64,000 nt of DNA, from contig CBDDFZ010000001.1 in the NCBI GenBank assembly GCA_965227515.1, positions 1,056,001 to 1,120,000 of the forward strand, read 5' to 3'. This DNA comes from Alphaproteobacteria bacterium (GTDB lineage Bacteria > Pseudomonadota > Alphaproteobacteria > CALKHQ01). Shown here in pieces: positions 59,798 to 64,000 of the stretch. The position numbers were made by a program, and so were the translations under genes. Numbering within the stretch: position 1 is the first letter of the stretch; every line of letters starts with the position of its first letter. The notes below the pieces were generated by a model. The model was not told the DNA's origin. It saw only the letters and a list, made by a program, of their open reading frames with translations, and ran no database searches.

Positions 59798-59929
59798 CCC
59801 CTCACCCTCCCAGACCTGACGGTCTGGGTCCCTCCCTCTCCCACGTGGGGGAGAGGGGCTTGCCGCCTCGTTCCCTCTCCCTCTGGGAGAGGGAGGGGCC
59901 CGGCGCCAAAGGCGACGGGAGGGTGAGGG
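59798..59929. repeat. CCCTCACCC...GGGTGAGGG palindromic intergenic repeat (CIR/RPE-like)
   Basis: Terminal inverted repeats plus internal CCCTCTCCC/GGGAGAGGG hairpins between convergent genes. Confidence 0.8.
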
Positions 59930-59951
59930 TCGACCTAACTGCCACGTTCCA

Positions 59952-60389
59952 TCAGCGCGGTTCGTACCGATAGCGCACGTATGGCGGCGTCTCGTCGAGA
60001 CGCTCCTCGGCGGCGGTCATGCCGAAGCGGTCGTAGAACCGCCGGGCCTCGGCGTGGTCGGGCGCGCATTTCAGCTCGAACGCGCCGCCCAGCACGTCGG
60101 CTGCCATCAGCAGCAGGTCGCGGCCGATGCCCTTGCGGCGCCATTTCGGGTCCACGACCAGGTAGTGGACAAACCTCTCCGGCGTCCACAGCGTCGCAAG
60201 GCCGACGATGCGGCCGTCGTTATCTGCCACCCAGAAGTCCTCGCCCTTGGTCTTGCGACGGAAGTCGGCCTCCGACTGCGGGTCGTCAGGGTCGAGTTCG
60301 GTCATCACCCGCGCCCACAGCCGCGCGCAGGCGGCCTGTTCTCGCGGACCGGCGGGCCTGATGGTGATCATGCGGTGCTCGGTTTGCAC
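59952..60389 (-). CDS. GNAT acetyltransferase
   Basis: VDPKWRRKGIG, ARRFYDRFG. Confidence 0.9.
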   Translation of the reverse strand: MQTEHRMITIRPAGPREQAACARLWARVMTELDPDDPQSEADFRRKTKGEDFWVADNDGRIVGLATLWTPERFVHYLVVDPKWRRKGIGRDLLLMAADVLGGAFELKCAPDHAEARRFYDRFGMTAAEERLDETPPYVRYRYEPR

Positions 60390-60426
60390 TGAGTGAAACG
60401 ATGCTCCGACACCAGCAATCCCCCGT

Positions 60427-60518
60427 CGTCATGCCCGCACTTGTTGCGGGCATCCACGTCTTGTTGGCCGCTTGAGCGGCCATTCTCGTGGATGCTCGGG
60501 ACAAGCCCGAGCATGACG
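60427..60518. repeat. CGTC-type REP doublet
   Basis: CGTCATGCCCGCACTTGTTGCGGGCATCCAC...GTGGATGCTCGGGACAAGCCCGAGCATGACG. Confidence 0.85.
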
Positions 60519-60543
60519 AAATTTGATTGTCGGACCCCTACGC

Positions 60544-61449
60544 CTACTCCTTCACCGCGCCGGTCAGGCTGGAGACGTAGTACTCGACGAAGAACGAGTA
60601 GAAGATCGCCACCGGTATCGAGCCGAGCAGCGCGCCGGCCATCAGCGAGCCCCAGTGATAGATGTCGCCCTGGACCAGCTGGGTCAGCACCGCCACCGGC
60701 ACGGTTTTGTTCTCCGACGACTGGATGAACGCCAGCGCGTAGATGAACTCGTTCCACGACAAGGTGAACGCGAAGATGCCGGCGGAGATCAGCCCCGGCA
60801 CCGCCAGCGGCAGGGTTATGCGCCACAGGATCTGCAGTCGCGACGCCCCGTCTATCAGCGCACACTCCTCCAGCTCGTACGGGATCGACTTGAAATAGCC
60901 GATCAAGAGCCAGGTACAGAACGGTATCAGGAACGTCGGATAGGTCAGGATCAGCGCCATCGGGCTGTCGAACAGCCCGAACTCGAACACCATGGTCGCC
61001 AGCGGGATGAACAGGATCGAGGGCGGCACCAGATAGGCCAGATAGATCGCCAGCCCCACCCACTGCGAGCCCTTGAAGCGCAGGCGCTGAATCGCATAGG
61101 CCGCCAGCACGCTGGCGAACACCGAGATGAAGGTGGCCACGACGGCGACCACCATGGTGACGATCAGCCAGCTCGGGTAGTCGGTCTCGAACAGCAGGAA
61201 CTCGATGTTGTCCAGGGTCGGCGACTCTGGCCAGAACGGCGTGTGTTCGGAGTAGTTGATCAGCTCGTCGTTCGGCTTCAGCGTGGTGACGGTCATCCAG
61301 TAGAACGGAAACAGCAGGATGATCACGAAGCACGACAGCGGGATGTAGAGCATCACGACCCGGCGCGGGACCGAGTCCCAGCTCTTCGGACCGTGTTGCT
61401 CCTTGGCGATGCTGACGCTGCGCTCGGTTTCCTGGATCGCGTCAGTCAT
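60544..61449 (-). CDS. carbohydrate ABC permease
   Basis: LEECALIDGAS, SWNEFIYAL. Confidence 0.95.
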   Translation of the reverse strand: MTDAIQETERSVSIAKEQHGPKSWDSVPRRVVMLYIPLSCFVIILLFPFYWMTVTTLKPNDELINYSEHTPFWPESPTLDNIEFLLFETDYPSWLIVTMVVAVVATFISVFASVLAAYAIQRLRFKGSQWVGLAIYLAYLVPPSILFIPLATMVFEFGLFDSPMALILTYPTFLIPFCTWLLIGYFKSIPYELEECALIDGASRLQILWRITLPLAVPGLISAGIFAFTLSWNEFIYALAFIQSSENKTVPVAVLTQLVQGDIYHWGSLMAGALLGSIPVAIFYSFFVEYYVSSLTGAVKE

Positions 61450-62398
61450 CCTTGCCTCCCTGCTGCCACTTACGCTTGGCCAGCGCGAAATAGCTGAAGA
61501 AGGTCGCCGCGATCAGGAACGGGATCATCGCCACCGCGATGGCCGCCCCCTCGCCGAGTTGCGCCCCCGGCACGCCGCGCTGGTAGGCCAGCGTTGCCAT
61601 CAGGTGGGTTGAGTTGACCGGCCCGCCACGGGTGATGGCGTAGACGAGCTGGAAGTCGGTGAAGGTGAAGATGACCGAGAAGGTCAGCACCACCGCCAGG
61701 ATCGGCATCAGCATCGGCAGGGTGATGTTCCAGAACCGCTGCCATGGCGAGGCGCCGTCGATCATCGCCGCCTCGTAGAGCGAGGGCGAGATCGTTTGCA
61801 GCCCGGCCAGCAGGCAGATGGCGACGAACGGGATGCCGCGCCACACATTGGCGGCGATCAGCGACATCCGCGCGTTCCACGGGTCGCCAAGGAAATCGAT
61901 ATAGGTCTCGCGCCAGCCCAGCACGTCGACCAGAAGGAACGAGATGATCGAGAACTGCGGGTCGTAGATCCACCAGAAGGCGATGGCCGACAGCACGGTC
62001 GGCACGATCCACGGCACCAGGATGATGGCACGCAGCAGCGACTTGAACGGCAAGTGGTTGTTCAACAGGATCGCCAGCCACAGACCGAGCCCGAATTTCA
62101 GGATCGTCGCGGCGACCGTGTAGAGACAGGTCCACCACACCGACATCCAGAAGACGCGGTCGCTGAACAAGAGCTCGTAATTGAAGCCGCCGATCCATTC
62201 ACCCATGCGGCCGATGCGCGTGTCGGTGAACGCCATCCATATGCCCAGGCCCAATGGGTAGGTCAGGAACAGCAGCAGCAGCCCGGCGGCCGGTGCCATG
62301 CACAGGATGATCAGGAACTTCTTGTTGTCGAACAGCCGGGATATCCAGTTGTTCTGATAACCGGCCGTTACCAGGTCCTCTGAGGCGGTCGTTGCCAC
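61442..62398 (-). CDS. carbohydrate ABC permease
   Basis: YEAAMIDGAS, ITRGGP. Confidence 0.95.
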   Translation of the reverse strand: MATTASEDLVTAGYQNNWISRLFDNKKFLIILCMAPAAGLLLLFLTYPLGLGIWMAFTDTRIGRMGEWIGGFNYELLFSDRVFWMSVWWTCLYTVAATILKFGLGLWLAILLNNHLPFKSLLRAIILVPWIVPTVLSAIAFWWIYDPQFSIISFLLVDVLGWRETYIDFLGDPWNARMSLIAANVWRGIPFVAICLLAGLQTISPSLYEAAMIDGASPWQRFWNITLPMLMPILAVVLTFSVIFTFTDFQLVYAITRGGPVNSTHLMATLAYQRGVPGAQLGEGAAIAVAMIPFLIAATFFSYFALAKRKWQQGGKDD

Positions 62399-62433
62399 TT
62401 AAGGTTCCATCGCGATGTCAGGATGGGTGCGAA

Positions 62434-62462
62434 CCCCCGCCGGCGCGCGTGGCCGGCGGGGG
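62434..62462. other. intercistronic GC hairpin after the binding-protein gene
   Basis: CCCCCGCCGGC...GCCGGCGGGGG; typical mRNA-stabilising stem. Confidence 0.55.
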
Positions 62463-62505
62463 CACGGGTTCAGCTGTTACGGGCCCAGAAAGTTCGGGCG
62501 CCCGA

Positions 62506-63837
62506 TCAGCGGTAGTAGCGCAGGCAGCGGCGCTCGGCCTCTTCGGCGGCCTCTTCCGGCGTGGCCTGGTCGGCGCACACCGAGGCGACCATCTGCACGA
62601 CGATGAAGTCGGACAGAACCGCGGCACTCGCCTCGCCGATCGAACCCCTGTAGCCATCCCACAGCGAGTCCGAGATCACGCTCTTGTACGCTTCGTGCTT
62701 CGGATCGGTCGTCCAAACCTCGGACTCCTCGTAGGCACTCAGCGGGTGGCCCCAATAGCCGATGCAGGCGTTCAGGTACGGGTCGTACTGCTCCGCCTCC
62801 ATCATGAAGGTCATGTAGGTCTTCGCGGCATTCGGGTACGGCGAGTAGTCGAAGATCATGCCGTTGACGATCAGGCAACGCTCGGTCGCGAAGCCCACCG
62901 GGCCGATCGGCATCCGCGCGTGGAACGTGTCCTCGGCCAGCGCCTGCAGCGCCGGGTCGTCGGATGTCTTCAGCGCGTAGTAGATGGAGATGCCGTTCTG
63001 GGTCCAGCTGATCTGGCTGTCGACGAACGCCTTGTTGTTGGACGCATCCAGCCACGCCAGCGTGCCCGGAATGAAGGTCTCGTACAGCGACTTGCCGTAG
63101 CGTAGGGCCTCGATCGTCTCCGGGCTGTTGATGATGACGTTGTCGTCCTCGTCGGTGACCGCGCCGCCGAAGGCCCACAGCAGCCAGTTGCACCACGCAT
63201 TGCCGTCGCCGACCGCGTTGCCGACGGCCAGGCCGCCCGGCGTGCCCATCTCGTTGAGCTTGGCGCTCATCGCCAGGAAGCCCTCGACGTCCGACGGCGG
63301 CTCTTCGTAGCCTGCCGCCTGCAGCATCGACTTGCGATAGACCACGCGACCGCCGGAGGCGCCCAACGGCATGGCGATCCAGCGCCCGCCCGACGTGCCG
63401 TAGCGCTCGGCCAGCGGATACCAGCCGCCGTACTTGTCGCCCAGATAGCCGGCGATGTCGCTCAGGTCGACCAGGCTGTCGGCGAACTTGTGCGGGTCGT
63501 CCGACCACGCATAGACGATATCCGGCCCCTCGCCGACATTGGCCGACACCGCGGTGCGGGGGCGCAGGTCTTCCCAGCTCTCCACGTCGACCGTCACCGG
63601 AATGCCGGTGGCGTCGATGAACTTCTGGGTGTTCTCCATGAACAGGCGTTCGTCGCCGTCGACGAACTTGGAGGGACGCAGGACGCGCAGTTCCGCGCCG
63701 TCCTCGATCGGCAGGTCGGGCATCGTCGCGCCCGCGTTGACCGGGATTTCCGCGCGCAGGCCGGTACCGAACAGCGTGGTGCCGGCCAGCGCGCCGGCGC
63801 CGAGTTTGATGGTATCTCGTCGAGTGAATCGAGACAT
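62506..63837 (-). CDS. sugar ABC substrate-binding protein, Tat-exported
   Basis: FTRRDTIK signal; GEGPDI, VVYRKSML. Confidence 0.93.
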   Translation of the reverse strand: MSRFTRRDTIKLGAGALAGTTLFGTGLRAEIPVNAGATMPDLPIEDGAELRVLRPSKFVDGDERLFMENTQKFIDATGIPVTVDVESWEDLRPRTAVSANVGEGPDIVYAWSDDPHKFADSLVDLSDIAGYLGDKYGGWYPLAERYGTSGGRWIAMPLGASGGRVVYRKSMLQAAGYEEPPSDVEGFLAMSAKLNEMGTPGGLAVGNAVGDGNAWCNWLLWAFGGAVTDEDDNVIINSPETIEALRYGKSLYETFIPGTLAWLDASNNKAFVDSQISWTQNGISIYYALKTSDDPALQALAEDTFHARMPIGPVGFATERCLIVNGMIFDYSPYPNAAKTYMTFMMEAEQYDPYLNACIGYWGHPLSAYEESEVWTTDPKHEAYKSVISDSLWDGYRGSIGEASAAVLSDFIVVQMVASVCADQATPEEAAEEAERRCLRYYR

Positions 63838-64000
63838 GCAACACCTCCCTAGTCGACCGCAATTCAGCAGCCTGATTTGTTTTTGGGAGGGGCATCATGC
63901 CCAATCGCCACTAACGGCGCAACAGACAGCTTTTGAAGTTCAAGTATTTGTCGGTGCAGGAAAAATCGACCCTGTCGGATGCTTGCGCTGAATCCGATCT

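Overview
High-GC alphaproteobacterial chromosome segment, probably Rhodospirillales-like (inferred from gene content, CGTC-type REP repeats and bactofilins). The flanks hold housekeeping and metabolic genes: ilvD, acetolactate synthase, a Pot-type ABC transporter, a two-component system, ppx, rlmE, guaB, two RsmB-family genes, eda, bactofilins, a GMC oxidoreductase and a sugar ABC transporter. The main feature is a ~22.6-kb integrative element (16172-38754) inserted at the extreme 3' end of tRNA-Gln(CTG) by a large serine recombinase. Both junctions carry the core TGGCTGG. Joining them rebuilds a symmetric attP (TATCCAG-N14-CTGGATA, centred on TG) that lies inside the recombinase gene. Integration therefore swaps the enzyme's C-terminus: tRNA-antisense WLGDLDSNQD* when integrated, WLAFLDTVRTERYQEIVGLGSGILVLELKATA* when excised. 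The element has no capsid or conjugation genes. It carries two uncharacterised genes, 10-bp phased repeats plus a hairpin, a 60-aa ORF/SpoVG/rolling-circle Rep module, a type I restriction-modification system with YgjP, HigBA, and a sugar-uptake/catabolism cargo built around an unknown 480-aa protein. All calls come from reading the sequence; no searches were run.
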